Assembly: GCA_963765205.1 (NCBI GenBank) | Contig: CAVXVB010000002.1 | Span: forward strand, 32,001 to 96,000 | Reading direction: 5' to 3' | DNA from: an uncultured Verrucomicrobiae bacterium | Lineage (GTDB): Bacteria > Verrucomicrobiota > Verrucomicrobiia > Opitutales > JABDGR01 | DNA length: 64,000 nt | In this document: piece after piece, positions 22,597 to 32,451 of the stretch | Numbering within the stretch: the first letter of the stretch is position 1 | How the letters are laid out: each line of letters opens with the position of its first letter | Position numbers and translations under genes: made by a program | The notes under the pieces: generated by a model | Seen by the model: the letters and a program-made list of their open reading frames with translations, nothing else | Databases searched by the model: none | What the model was told of the DNA's origin: nothing

Positions 22597-23535
22597 GTGA
22601 AAACCACCGCCCGCCACGCTTCGCTTGGGATTTGCCGGCGCATCGGCGTGGCGCTGGTGGGCGTGCTCTTTCTCGCAGCCGGTTCGGGATGCGAGGTCGC
22701 CGAGCCTGCGGGCGCTTCTGGCTCCGCTCCGGCCTTTGTTCCGCCGCCGCCACCGCCGCCGGTGGCCGCATTGGCGGTTGCCCGCATCCCGTCGGTGCCG
22801 GCGGAATTGGGCGGGTTGCTTGCGCATCTGGCAGCCGATCCCGGCATCAAGCTCGTTCCGATTCCCGCCGGGACTTTTCTGATGGGCAGCGCTCCCGACG
22901 AGCCGGATCGTGGCGACGACGAGGGGCCGCAGACGCAGGTGACTTTGACCAAGGATTTCTTCCTCGGCGCGACCGATGTGACGCAGGGTCAGTATGCGGC
23001 GTTGATGGGCGTGAATCCGAGCGATTTCAAGGACGTAGGCCTGAACGCGCCGGTCGAGAGCGTTTCGTGGGGCGACGCGATGGCGTTCTGCCAAAAGCTG
23101 ACCGAGTGGGAGCGCGCGGCGGGGCGTTTGCCGGCGGGCTACGTTTTTACACTGCCGACGGAGGCGCAGTGGGAGTATGCGTGCCGCGCGGGGACGACGG
23201 GGGAATATGTGGGCGACCCGGCTGAGATGTCGTGGTATGGCGACAACAGCGGCGGCAAGACGCATCCGGTGGGCATGAAGCAGCCGAATGCCTGGGGCCT
23301 CTACGACATGAGCGGCAACGTCTATCAGTGGTGCCTCGACTGGTATGGGAAATATCCCGGCGGCGACGTGACGGATTGGGCCGGCCCGCCCACGGGCAAG
23401 TGGCGCGTTCTGCGCGGCGGCAGTTGGTATTACACGGTGTTGTATTGCCGCTCCGCCTACCGCGATTTCGATCCCGGGTTTGTCGGCAACTATTTTGGTT
23501 TCCGTGTGGCGTTGGTGGCGGTGCCGAGGAAGTGA
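22597..23535 (+). CDS. Formylglycine-generating enzyme (SUMF1/FGE-sulfatase) family exported protein
   Basis: IPAGTFLMGS, LPTEAQWEYACRAG, PNAWGLYDMSGNVYQWCLDW, RVLRGGSW and GFRV motifs. Confidence 0.9.
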   Translation: MKTTARHASLGICRRIGVALVGVLFLAAGSGCEVAEPAGASGSAPAFVPPPPPPPVAALAVARIPSVPAELGGLLAHLAADPGIKLVPIPAGTFLMGSAPDEPDRGDDEGPQTQVTLTKDFFLGATDVTQGQYAALMGVNPSDFKDVGLNAPVESVSWGDAMAFCQKLTEWERAAGRLPAGYVFTLPTEAQWEYACRAGTTGEYVGDPAEMSWYGDNSGGKTHPVGMKQPNAWGLYDMSGNVYQWCLDWYGKYPGGDVTDWAGPPTGKWRVLRGGSWYYTVLYCRSAYRDFDPGFVGNYFGFRVALVAVPRK

Positions 23536-23554
23536 GCTCGCGGTTGTTTGGCGG

Positions 23555-24367
23555 TTACGGCCGCATGAGCACGGCGCCGTTCATGTCTATGACGCAGCCG
23601 GTCAGGGTGGCCGGGGCGTCGAGCGCGAGCCAGGTCGCGGTGGTGGCCACTTCCTCCGCGGTGTTGACGCGGCCGAGGGGGATTTTTTCGCAGACCTCTT
23701 CGTGGCGCGGGCCGTGGATATGTGGCGCGGCCATGTCGGTGTCCACCCAACTGGGCGCAATGGTAAAGACAAGCACCTGGGCGCGGCCATAGGCCGCCGC
23801 GAAGGAATGGCCCAGCGAGTTGAGCGCGGCCTTGGACGCGCTGTAGGCGGGCGTCGTCACCTGGCCGCCGAACGCGCCGCGCGAGGAAATGTTGATGATG
23901 CGCCCGCCGCCGCGTTCGCGCAAATGCCGGCCGACGAGAAACGACAGATGCGCGGGCGCGACCAGATTCAGCGCGAGCGTGCGCTTCCACATGTCCTGCC
24001 AGGCGGCGAAATCCACCTCGCCAATCGGGTGTAGCTCGAAGATGCCGGCGTTGTTCACCAGCACGTCAATCTGGCCGAACGCGGCGAGCACGGCTTCGTA
24101 TAACTGCGCCGAAGCATCGGCCAAGCCAAGGTCGGCTGCGAACAAGGTGTGCCCTTCGCCAGCCAGCGAGCGCAAAGTTTCCTCCGCCGCCGCGCGATTG
24201 CTATGGTAATGGATGGCGATGCGCAGTCCGCGCGCGGCGAGTTGTTGGGCGATGGCCCGCCCGATGCCGCGCGACGCGCCGGTGACTAGGGCAACCGAAG
24301 TGGAGGAGGGGGGCACGGCGCAAACCGTTGCCGCCGGGGCGGGTGATGGCAAGTGGATTTTAGCCAC
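23555..24367 (-). CDS. Short-chain dehydrogenase/reductase (start uncertain)
   Basis: TGASRGIG, LVNNAG and YSASK motifs. Confidence 0.93.
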   Translation of the reverse strand: MAKIHLPSPAPAATVCAVPPSSTSVALVTGASRGIGRAIAQQLAARGLRIAIHYHSNRAAAEETLRSLAGEGHTLFAADLGLADASAQLYEAVLAAFGQIDVLVNNAGIFELHPIGEVDFAAWQDMWKRTLALNLVAPAHLSFLVGRHLRERGGGRIINISSRGAFGGQVTTPAYSASKAALNSLGHSFAAAYGRAQVLVFTIAPSWVDTDMAAPHIHGPRHEEVCEKIPLGRVNTAEEVATTATWLALDAPATLTGCVIDMNGAVLMRP

Positions 24368-24400
24368 TGGCCGGAGATCTAATCGGCTGAAAACGCCAAC

Positions 24401-25353
24401 CTAAAACATCACCCCGAGTTCCACGCCAAGGCCGAGCGCGGGCTTGACGTTGAAGCTGTTCGCAGAGTTGCCATTGACGTGGAATTGGTATTCGCGGTCG
24501 AAGATGCCAGAGACATAACCGCGGACGAAGCAGTAGGGGCACAAAGCCTGGCGCACGCCGAATTTAACGGTCACGTCGGTCTCGTCCACGGCTTGGGGCG
24601 CGGCGGTCGCGTTGTCGCGCAGGCGGAACCAACTGGAATCATATTCGACGGACGCGTCAAGCACGGTGGCGCGGTTGTTGAAAACGTCATAGGAAACGGT
24701 TACGCCGTTGGACACACCTAAGTAGGCGTGCAAGTCCCACTGGGGCAAAAATGCCCATTTGACATCAGCCATGGGTATGACGGTGTTGGCATCTTCCATG
24801 CGGGTGTAATACATCGGGCCGAGGGCGAGGCTGAGGTCTTTGTTCACCTGGTAGGTCGGCCCGAGGGCGACGGCAATCTGCCCGCCGCGCGTGAGGGTCA
24901 TCGCCGTGTCGGCGGAGAAGCCGGCACTGATATAGCCGAACGCGCCCCAGTCGGGGGAAAAATCATGCGCGAAATATCCGTTGAGGCCGAATTGCTGCAT
25001 ATTGCCAAACGGCGCGGTCGTCCCGCTAAAATCATTATTGGTGTAGATGTAAGCCCAACTGACGACCCGGTGGTTGTCACCCGAGTCATGCGTGTATTGG
25101 CCGCCGACGCCATAGATGTTTTCGTTGAGCTTGCCGCTGGCGCTGTCTTTGAGGTTGGCGGAAAAATCGTGCTCGAAGAACGCGACCATGACATCCGTTA
25201 GCGGGGTGGGCGTGGGAGCCGCGCTGGGGGGGGGGCGCCGGGGGCCGGCGTGGTTTGCGCGCCCAAGGGCGCGGTAGCCAGGGCCAAGACGGCGAGCGGC
25301 AGTGCGCGCCGGAGGGTGGAAGATAGATTCAGGAGGGAGGCGAGATTGGACAT
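24401..25353 (-). CDS. Outer-membrane beta-barrel protein, frameshifted in a G10 run (25226-25235)
   Basis: Alternating beta-strand pattern ending in Phe (LGVELGVMF). A signal peptide from ATG 25353 joins the barrel frame if one G is added. Confidence 0.7.
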
Positions 25354-25443
25354 GAGGGTGGTGTTAACGGCTCAAGCAGCAAATAGCAAACCTTTGCCGG
25401 AACCTTCTGTGGGTGTCTTTTCACCACTCTGCGGCAATCAGTG

Positions 25444-26094
25444 TCACCGGTATTCCGGCACGCCGGTTTGCGCCTCCAGAATCTCGACATAGATGCCCAG
25501 GCGCGCGTCCGTCGCCGCCTTCTCGTCGAGGGTGATTTGCAGCAATTCGGCGACCGGGCCGAGGCCGAGCAACTGCGCGAAGTCGCGCGCGCTGCCATAA
25601 CCGGCGATCTCGAATTGTTTGACTTTGCGGACCGCCGCCACCAGCGCCCAATCGCGCGCGGGGCCGTCGGGGTTTTCGGTGATGGTTTCCTCGACGCCCT
25701 GCAGGAGGCTCTCCATTTGCGCGCAGACGCGGCCATCGAATTGCCGGCCGAGCATTTCCTGCACGCGTTCGAGGCGTTGCCGATGCCCGGCGGAATGCGC
25801 AAACTCCGCCTGGCAAATTGCCCACATAACCGGGTCGGCGGCCGCCCGCCCAATGCGGGGCCACATGGCGGCCGCTTGTTGTTCCGCGCTAAAGAGTTCC
25901 TGGATTTCCTCGGTCAGCACATGGGCCAGCGTGTGCAGCCAATGCTTTTCAAGCTCACCCTCGGCGGCTGGCTCTGCGGCATCCGACACAAAGCACGACA
26001 GGGTGGTGATGGGCGCGCGCAAATCCACCGCGAACGGGCTGGCGGCGTCGTCACCAAAAAAGTCTTGTGAGGGGTTGGGATGAAAGTTGGGCAT
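25444..26094 (-). CDS. DUF892 (YciE/YciF) ferritin-like protein
   Basis: ELFSAEQQ, HRQRLERV, EIAGYGSA and LLQITLDEKAATDARL motifs. Confidence 0.8.
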   Translation of the reverse strand: MPNFHPNPSQDFFGDDAASPFAVDLRAPITTLSCFVSDAAEPAAEGELEKHWLHTLAHVLTEEIQELFSAEQQAAAMWPRIGRAAADPVMWAICQAEFAHSAGHRQRLERVQEMLGRQFDGRVCAQMESLLQGVEETITENPDGPARDWALVAAVRKVKQFEIAGYGSARDFAQLLGLGPVAELLQITLDEKAATDARLGIYVEILEAQTGVPEYR

Positions 26095-26128
26095 GGACAA
26101 GAGCGGGTTGTGGCCGCGAGGGGCGGCC

Positions 26129-26425
26129 TCAAGAGAAGTGACCGCTTTGGGTAAGGATAAGTTCCTCGAACTCTTGGCGGGGCCGGCAGGTTCGCCGTTC
26201 CAAGTGTTCGAGTAATTCGTCCTCCCGGCCTTCGCAATAAGCCAAGTCATCGTCAGTGAGGACGAGGTAGCGCTCCTTCAACTCGGTTTTGAGAAACGGC
26301 CAATGTTGCTGGAGGACCGCAACCAACATTTGGCGGTCTTGGGTCGACGCATCCGGCTCTGATACGAAGACCGGTGATGAGGAATGACGGATGGGTGGGG
26401 TTGGCAGGGGCAGTTCTGTTTTCAT
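26129..26425 (-). CDS. CsbD-like general stress protein
   Basis: W..LK..LKERY..LTDDDL...EGREDELL..L..RT motif. Confidence 0.75.
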   Translation of the reverse strand: MKTELPLPTPPIRHSSSPVFVSEPDASTQDRQMLVAVLQQHWPFLKTELKERYLVLTDDDLAYCEGREDELLEHLERRTCRPRQEFEELILTQSGHFS

Positions 26426-26716
26426 AATAGACCGGTGTGGAAACCTGGTCGGCGGCGGCCTCCATATGCGCCGCAAAACGGTCAAGTCCCCACGATCCGC
26501 TCCGTGAGGGGGGTGAAACTTAGTTTTCTAACGTTATTATACACCCATCTTCGCGGAAAATAAAGGCCTGAGCGCGTGTTTAGCACGCGGCTTATGAAAC
26601 TCATTCCCTTTTTACATCATCTGGTCGGAACACCCTAACGGGAATAGGGTCTTGGCTTAGCGCGATGCGCCCAATTTCACCCGGAATCCGTCACCGACCC
26701 TTGATGGAGGTGCACG

Positions 26717-27202
26717 TTATTGCCCGCTGCGAAGATATTCTGGCAGGACTTTGGCGGGATCCCCATCACAATCAATGGACGTAACCAGCCATTTCTCCTG
26801 AGACTTGTAACAAGCAAAGCACATATACAAGCCGCCTCGTTGATACTTTCCGAAAATATAAACGAGCATGGAGGACGGCGACAAGTTCACGGTCTTGATG
26901 ATTTCCGGGGCGATAAAAGTACCGGCGACGCTTTCCTCGGCGGAAAGGCTTTTGGTGACGGCCAGTTGGGCGTTGGCGTCAATTTCCAGGCTGGAGCCAC
27001 GCGACCAGGCCTCCACAGCTGTGGCATAGCCAGACTTCATGTAAATCAGAAAGCCGTTGGCGAGCGTGTCCGGCACGCCGGATATGGTGGTTGGAGTCGA
27101 GGTGGCCGCAGGCCCCGCGGGAACCGGAGTCGGGGCTTGGGCGCCGAAGGTCCAAGTGGCACCCGTCATTGCCAGGGCGAGAAGGAGGAACAGTTTTGTC
27201 AT
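26717..27202 (-). CDS. Hypothetical secreted protein
   Basis: Signal peptide, P/T-rich linker and a small globular domain. Confidence 0.7.
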   Translation of the reverse strand: MTKLFLLLALAMTGATWTFGAQAPTPVPAGPAATSTPTTISGVPDTLANGFLIYMKSGYATAVEAWSRGSSLEIDANAQLAVTKSLSAEESVAGTFIAPEIIKTVNLSPSSMLVYIFGKYQRGGLYMCFACYKSQEKWLVTSIDCDGDPAKVLPEYLRSGQ

Positions 27203-27399
27203 GGGGGTTGCGTGTTGCATAAGTTAGCCAGCATATTGAGAAACAGAAATTTGTAAATTGGAGAATCGGCGGCAATTCGTTAGGGAAAATCCTTAGGATT
27301 CCCGCGTGGCCCGCTTGGGGGGACTTGCGGCCGGGCAAGTTCGAGGTTTGGCTTCCTCCTTGACTCGCCGGCGAAGGAGTGACGAAATAAAAGACCCCT

Positions 27400-28032
27400 A
27401 TGAATAAATTCCGATGCTTACTGCTGTTCTTTTCAGCGTCTGTGGCCGGCGCGTTGCCTTTGACGGCCCAAACTGCTCCGGCGGCTGCGCCGGCCGACAC
27501 CGTGGCGGTTCCGCCGCCACCCCCTGCCCGGACCAGCCCGCATGAGACGATTAGTTTGCACATCGGCAGTGGTGGCAATGCTGCGCCGCTGGTGACCATC
27601 ACTTACGGGCGCCCTTATTCCAAAGACCCCAAGGCCCCCACCACGATTCGCAAAATTTGGGGCACGCTGGTGCCGTGGGACAAGGTTTGGCGCATGGGTT
27701 CCGACGAGGCCACGACCTTGGTCACCCAGCAGCCGCTGGACATTGGCGGCACGACGGTGCCCGCCGGCGCGTATACCCTTTGCATGTTTCCCACCGAGCA
27801 AGGCCCGACCAAGCTGATCGTCAACAAGCAAATCGGGCAATGGGGCATTCCCTACACGGCCGCCATCCAGGCCAACGAACTGGCGCGCATTGACATGAAG
27901 AAGGCCACCCTGGACAAACAAGTGGACGAGTTCACCATTGCGCTGGTGGCGGATCCGGCAACCGGCGGCGGCATTCTCAAGGCCTTTTGGGAAACCACGC
28001 AGTATTCGGTGCCGTTCAAGTTGATCAAGTAA
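27400..28032 (+). CDS. DUF2911 family secreted protein
   Basis: RTSP, ITYGRPY, RKIWGTLVPWDKVWRMGSDEAT, VPAGAYTL and QWG motifs. Confidence 0.85.
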   Translation: MNKFRCLLLFFSASVAGALPLTAQTAPAAAPADTVAVPPPPPARTSPHETISLHIGSGGNAAPLVTITYGRPYSKDPKAPTTIRKIWGTLVPWDKVWRMGSDEATTLVTQQPLDIGGTTVPAGAYTLCMFPTEQGPTKLIVNKQIGQWGIPYTAAIQANELARIDMKKATLDKQVDEFTIALVADPATGGGILKAFWETTQYSVPFKLIK

Positions 28033-28055
28033 GACGCCCCCCCGCCATCATCGCC

Positions 28056-30572
28056 ATGCGACGAGGCCCCGCCATTGTCCGCTTTGCCGCCTTGGGCTTT
28101 GCCGTGCTGGCGGCGCTGATGTCCGGTGTTCGCGCCCAGGCGACCGCGGCCGGCGCGCCCCCGCCCGCGGGGATGGCGTTGTTGCAGGACTTGCGCAGTT
28201 TTGACGAGCTGGGCAGTGTGCTCTACATCGCCGCGCATCCCGACGATGAGAACAACCAGTTGCTGGCGTATCTCGCGCGCGGGCGCTATTACCGCACGGC
28301 CTACCTGTCGCTCAACCGCGGCGAAGGCGGGCAAAATGAACTCGGCCCCGAATTGGGCGCGGAACTCGGCGTGATCCGCACGCAGGAATTGCTCGCGGCC
28401 CGACAGGTGGACGGCGCGCGGCAGTTTTTTTCCCGCGCGTTTGATTTTGGCTACTCCAAAAGTCCCGAGGAGACCTTGCGCATCTGGGACCACCAGGCGG
28501 TTTTGTCCGACATGGTGCGCATCATCCGCGAGTTCCGGCCCGACGTGCTGATCACGCGCTTTTCGCCGCCGCCCAGCAACACGCACGGGCATCACACCGC
28601 CTCGACGATCATCGCGCAGGAGGCCTTCAAAATCGCGGGCGATCCCAAGGCGTTCCCCGAGCAACTAGCGGAGGGGCTGACGCCGTGGCAACCCAAACGC
28701 ATTCTCTATAATGGTGTCATCGCTGGCAGCAATGCCGGTGTCGTGCGCCTCAGCACTGCGGGCAACGACCCGGTGAATGGCGAGTCCTTCGCTTCGATTG
28801 CGGCGCGCGCCCGCTCGATGCACAAAACCCAGGGCTTTGGCGATACCGTGGCTGGCGGCGGCCCGGCGACTGAAGCATTCCAGCTTCTCGACGGCGAACC
28901 GGCGACGAACGACATTCTCGATGGCGTGGACCCCACCTGGGGTCGTTATCCAGGTGGCGCGGAAATCGGCCAGCTGACTGATGCCGCCATCGCCCAATTT
29001 AAACCAGACGATCTGGCGGCCAGCGTGCCCGCGTTGCTGGAGATTCGCGCGAAGCTGGCCACGCTGCCGAAGGACCCCGTGGTGGATGAAAAACGCGTGC
29101 AACTCGACCAAATCCTGCAAGGCTGCCTCGGCCTCACCGTCGAGACCACCATTCCCAACGCGGAAGTGGTGCCGGGCGAGGAATTGAAAATGCATTCAAC
29201 GGCGCTGGTGCGTTCCGCCATTCCCGTCCAATGGGTCGGCACGCGTTATACGGGCGTCAATGACCAAATCACTTCCGTGGGCGCGGTAAATTTGATCGCC
29301 GATCAGCCGGCCAGCCGGGACTCGACCCAAACTTTGTCGCCTACCACTCTCCTAACCACGCCCTATTGGCTGCGCGCACAAGGCACGGCAGGCATGCTTC
29401 GCGTGGACGATCCCGCGCTGATTGGGCGGCCGGATAACCCGCCGGTGTATCCCCTCGAGCAGGTCTTCGAAGTCGGCGGCCAAACTTTGGAAATTCCCGA
29501 TGAGCCGGTGCAGATCACGAACGACCCGGCAACCGGCGAGACGCATCGCCGGCTCGATGTGATTGCCCCGGTGGCGCTCAGTTTTGCGAACGAAGTGCAG
29601 CTTTTTGCGCCCGGCGCAACCAAGTCGGTCGAGGTTGAAATCACGGCATTTCGCGCGGTCAACCGCGGCACGGTGCAACTGGACGCGCCCGCCGGGTGGA
29701 AAGTCACTCCGGCGTTGCAGCCCTTCCAACTCGCCGCCGTGGGCGATAAAATGAAGTTCGCTTTCAACATCACGGCCCCGGCGCAACTGACTTCCGCCAA
29801 CATCTCGGCGCAGGTGGACATCAACGGCGCGCACTTTGCCAATGAACGCATTGTCCTCCACTACCCGCATATTCCTGTGCAGATGCTCCAGCCGCCCGCG
29901 CAATTCAAGGCGGTGGCGCTCGACCTCGCCATCCGGGGCCAGAAAGTCGGCTACCTGCCGGGCGCGGGCGACAGCGTGGCGGCGGCGCTCGAGGAAATGG
30001 GTTACGCGGTCACCGAACTCACCGGCGCGGATTTGACGCCGGAAAAATTGCGCGGGCTGGATGCCGTCGTGCTTGGCGTGCGCGCATTTAACGAGCGCAC
30101 GGATCTCGCTCCGAATCTGCCGGGCCTCTTTGCCTACGTCGAGCAGGGCGGCACCGTCATCGCGCAATACAACCGGCCGAGCGGATTGCAGACCACGACC
30201 CTCGGGCCGTATGCCCTTTCCATTGCGGGCCAGGCGCCGCCGTTGCGGGTGACCGATGCGAACTCGCCGGTGCAAATCCTCGTGCCCGACCATCCCGCCT
30301 TCACGACGCCGAACAAAATCACCGCGGCGGATTTCGACGGCTGGGTGCAGGAGCGCGGCGCGTATTTTCCGAGTTCGTGGGACAAGGCGCACTACGCGGC
30401 GTTGCTGGCCATGAGCGATCCCGGCGAGACGCAGCCCAGCAGCAGCCTGCTCGTAGCCAAATACGGCCGGGGATATTATGTTTACACCGCGCTCGGCTGG
30501 TTCCGGCAGCTCCCGGCGGGCGTCCCCGGCGCTTACCGGCTGTTTGCCAACCTCGTTTCGCTCGGCAAATGA
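28056..30572 (+). CDS. Large secreted PIG-L/LmbE family deacetylase/amidase with a C-terminal GATase-like domain
   Basis: Signal peptide; AAHPDDE, RGEGGQN, RTQELLAAR, DFGYSKS, HGHH and WVQERG motifs. Confidence 0.88.
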   Translation: MRRGPAIVRFAALGFAVLAALMSGVRAQATAAGAPPPAGMALLQDLRSFDELGSVLYIAAHPDDENNQLLAYLARGRYYRTAYLSLNRGEGGQNELGPELGAELGVIRTQELLAARQVDGARQFFSRAFDFGYSKSPEETLRIWDHQAVLSDMVRIIREFRPDVLITRFSPPPSNTHGHHTASTIIAQEAFKIAGDPKAFPEQLAEGLTPWQPKRILYNGVIAGSNAGVVRLSTAGNDPVNGESFASIAARARSMHKTQGFGDTVAGGGPATEAFQLLDGEPATNDILDGVDPTWGRYPGGAEIGQLTDAAIAQFKPDDLAASVPALLEIRAKLATLPKDPVVDEKRVQLDQILQGCLGLTVETTIPNAEVVPGEELKMHSTALVRSAIPVQWVGTRYTGVNDQITSVGAVNLIADQPASRDSTQTLSPTTLLTTPYWLRAQGTAGMLRVDDPALIGRPDNPPVYPLEQVFEVGGQTLEIPDEPVQITNDPATGETHRRLDVIAPVALSFANEVQLFAPGATKSVEVEITAFRAVNRGTVQLDAPAGWKVTPALQPFQLAAVGDKMKFAFNITAPAQLTSANISAQVDINGAHFANERIVLHYPHIPVQMLQPPAQFKAVALDLAIRGQKVGYLPGAGDSVAAALEEMGYAVTELTGADLTPEKLRGLDAVVLGVRAFNERTDLAPNLPGLFAYVEQGGTVIAQYNRPSGLQTTTLGPYALSIAGQAPPLRVTDANSPVQILVPDHPAFTTPNKITAADFDGWVQERGAYFPSSWDKAHYAALLAMSDPGETQPSSSLLVAKYGRGYYVYTALGWFRQLPAGVPGAYRLFANLVSLGK

Positions 30573-30739
30573 AGCCGCCCGCGCCCCAGCATGAAGCCGG
30601 TGTATCGCCGGGCACTTCGGAAAATGAAGCGACCGGCTTGCCGGGCTTCCGTACCTGGCGCGCGGTTTATTGGTTCGTGGCCGGCGTGTTTGCGGCGGTC
30701 GTCGGACTGCTCACCGTGCTTTCCCGGATGTTTTCGTGA
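30569..30739 (+). CDS. Small single-TM protein preceding the symporter
   Basis: 56 aa, PGFRTWRAVY followed by a TM; 4 nt overlaps with both neighbours. Confidence 0.75.
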   Translation: MKPPAPQHEAGVSPGTSENEATGLPGFRTWRAVYWFVAGVFAAVVGLLTVLSRMFS

Positions 30740-32451
30740 ACACCCTCGACTACGTTGTGCTGTTTGGCACCCTGCTCGGCATCGCCCTTTACGGCGTGTG
30801 GCGCACGCGCGGCCGGCGCGACTTGCGCGGCTACCTGAAGGGTGACGGCCAGGCGCGCTGGTTCATCATCGGCCTTTCCGTCATTGCCACCCAGGCCAGC
30901 GCGACGACGTTTTTGTCCATTCCCGGCCAGGGCTACCAGGACGGCCTGGGCTTTGTGCAAAATTATTTTGGCGGGCCGTTCGCGATGATCCTGATCGCCG
31001 CGGTTTTCTTGCCGATTTTCCGGCGCCTGCAGGTGTTCACCGCCTATGAATTTCTGGGCCGGCGCTTCGACAGCAAGACGCGGCTGCTCGGTGCGGCGCT
31101 GTTCCTCACCCAGCGGGGCATTGGCGCGGCGCTGACCATTTACGCGCCGGCCATCGTGCTGTCGGCCGTCTTCGGCTGGCCGCTCAATTGGACCATTATT
31201 TGCAGCGGGCTGGTCTGCGTCGTCTATACGGTCACGGGCGGCAGCGACGCCGTGCGGCTCACACAAAAATACCAGTTGGGCATCATCTGCGCGGCGATGG
31301 TGGCGGCTTTTTTTCTTTTGCTGGCGAAGATGCCCACGGGTTTTCGCGACACGCTGGCGCTGGCCGGGGGCTTCCACAAATTGGCGGCGGTGGATTTTTC
31401 GCCCAACCTGCACACGCGCTACACGTTCTGGTCAGGCACCATCGGCGGCTTTTTCCTCGCGCTGGCGTATTTCGGCGCCGACCAGTCGCAGGTGCAGCGC
31501 TATATTGGCGGCGCTTCGCTGCGCGACGGCCGCCTCGGGTTGATGTTTCACGCGGTGTGCAAAATCCCGATGCAGTTTTTTATTCTGCTGCTCGGCGTGC
31601 TGCTGTTTGTGTTCTACCAGTTTGCGCCGTCGCCGCTGCTGTATGCGCGCCAGTCGCGCGAATTCCTCGCGCAAAACGCCCCCGCGGAAAAACTGCAACC
31701 CATCGAGGCGGAATTTGCGGACGCGCGCAATGCGGAGGGGCAGCAATTGCAGGCGTGGCTGGCCGCACGCCGGACCGGGGATGCCGCGTCCGCACTGGCC
31801 GCGTTGACGGCCGCGCAGACTGCAAATGCGCAGAGTGCGGACGCCCGCCAGCGCGCCGGCGATTTACTGGAGGGCCTGCATCCGCCGACCAAGGCCAACG
31901 AGGCCGACTATGTTTTTATCACTTTCATCCTGAATTATCTGCCGCACGGGTTGATCGGCCTGCTCGTGGCCGCATTTTTTGCCGCGGCGCTTAGTTCGAA
32001 GGCCGCCGAGCTGAACGCGCTGGCTTCCTCGACCACGGTGGATTTCTACCGCCATCTCTGGCGGCGCGACGCGACGCAGGCGCACTATGTTTTCGCCTCG
32101 AAATGTTTCACGGCCTTCTGGGGGTTATTCGCCATCATCGCGGCCATCTATGCCAACCTGGTCGAGAACATCGTGCAGGCGGCGAACATCATTGGCTCGC
32201 TGTTTTACGGCCCGGTGCTGGGTTTGTTTTTAATGGCGTTTTTCATCCCGCGCGTGCGCGGCACGGCGGCGTTTTGGGGCGCGCTCGCGGCCCAGGCGCT
32301 GGTGCTGGTGCTCTACCATTACGACGTGCTCGGTATTTCCTACCTCTGGTTTAATGTGCTCGGCCCGGCGCTGTGCGTGCTGTTCAGCCTCGTCATCCAG
32401 GCCGCCATCGGTTTTGCTCCTCCGACCCCCGCCGCGCCGGCCGCCCCATGA
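30736..32451 (+). CDS. Sodium:solute symporter (SSS) family protein
   Basis: ATQASATTFLS.PG, TAYEFLGRRF, YFGADQSQVQRY and GLIGLLVAA..AAALSS motifs; many TM segments. Confidence 0.93.
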   Translation: MNTLDYVVLFGTLLGIALYGVWRTRGRRDLRGYLKGDGQARWFIIGLSVIATQASATTFLSIPGQGYQDGLGFVQNYFGGPFAMILIAAVFLPIFRRLQVFTAYEFLGRRFDSKTRLLGAALFLTQRGIGAALTIYAPAIVLSAVFGWPLNWTIICSGLVCVVYTVTGGSDAVRLTQKYQLGIICAAMVAAFFLLLAKMPTGFRDTLALAGGFHKLAAVDFSPNLHTRYTFWSGTIGGFFLALAYFGADQSQVQRYIGGASLRDGRLGLMFHAVCKIPMQFFILLLGVLLFVFYQFAPSPLLYARQSREFLAQNAPAEKLQPIEAEFADARNAEGQQLQAWLAARRTGDAASALAALTAAQTANAQSADARQRAGDLLEGLHPPTKANEADYVFITFILNYLPHGLIGLLVAAFFAAALSSKAAELNALASSTTVDFYRHLWRRDATQAHYVFASKCFTAFWGLFAIIAAIYANLVENIVQAANIIGSLFYGPVLGLFLMAFFIPRVRGTAAFWGALAAQALVLVLYHYDVLGISYLWFNVLGPALCVLFSLVIQAAIGFAPPTPAAPAAP

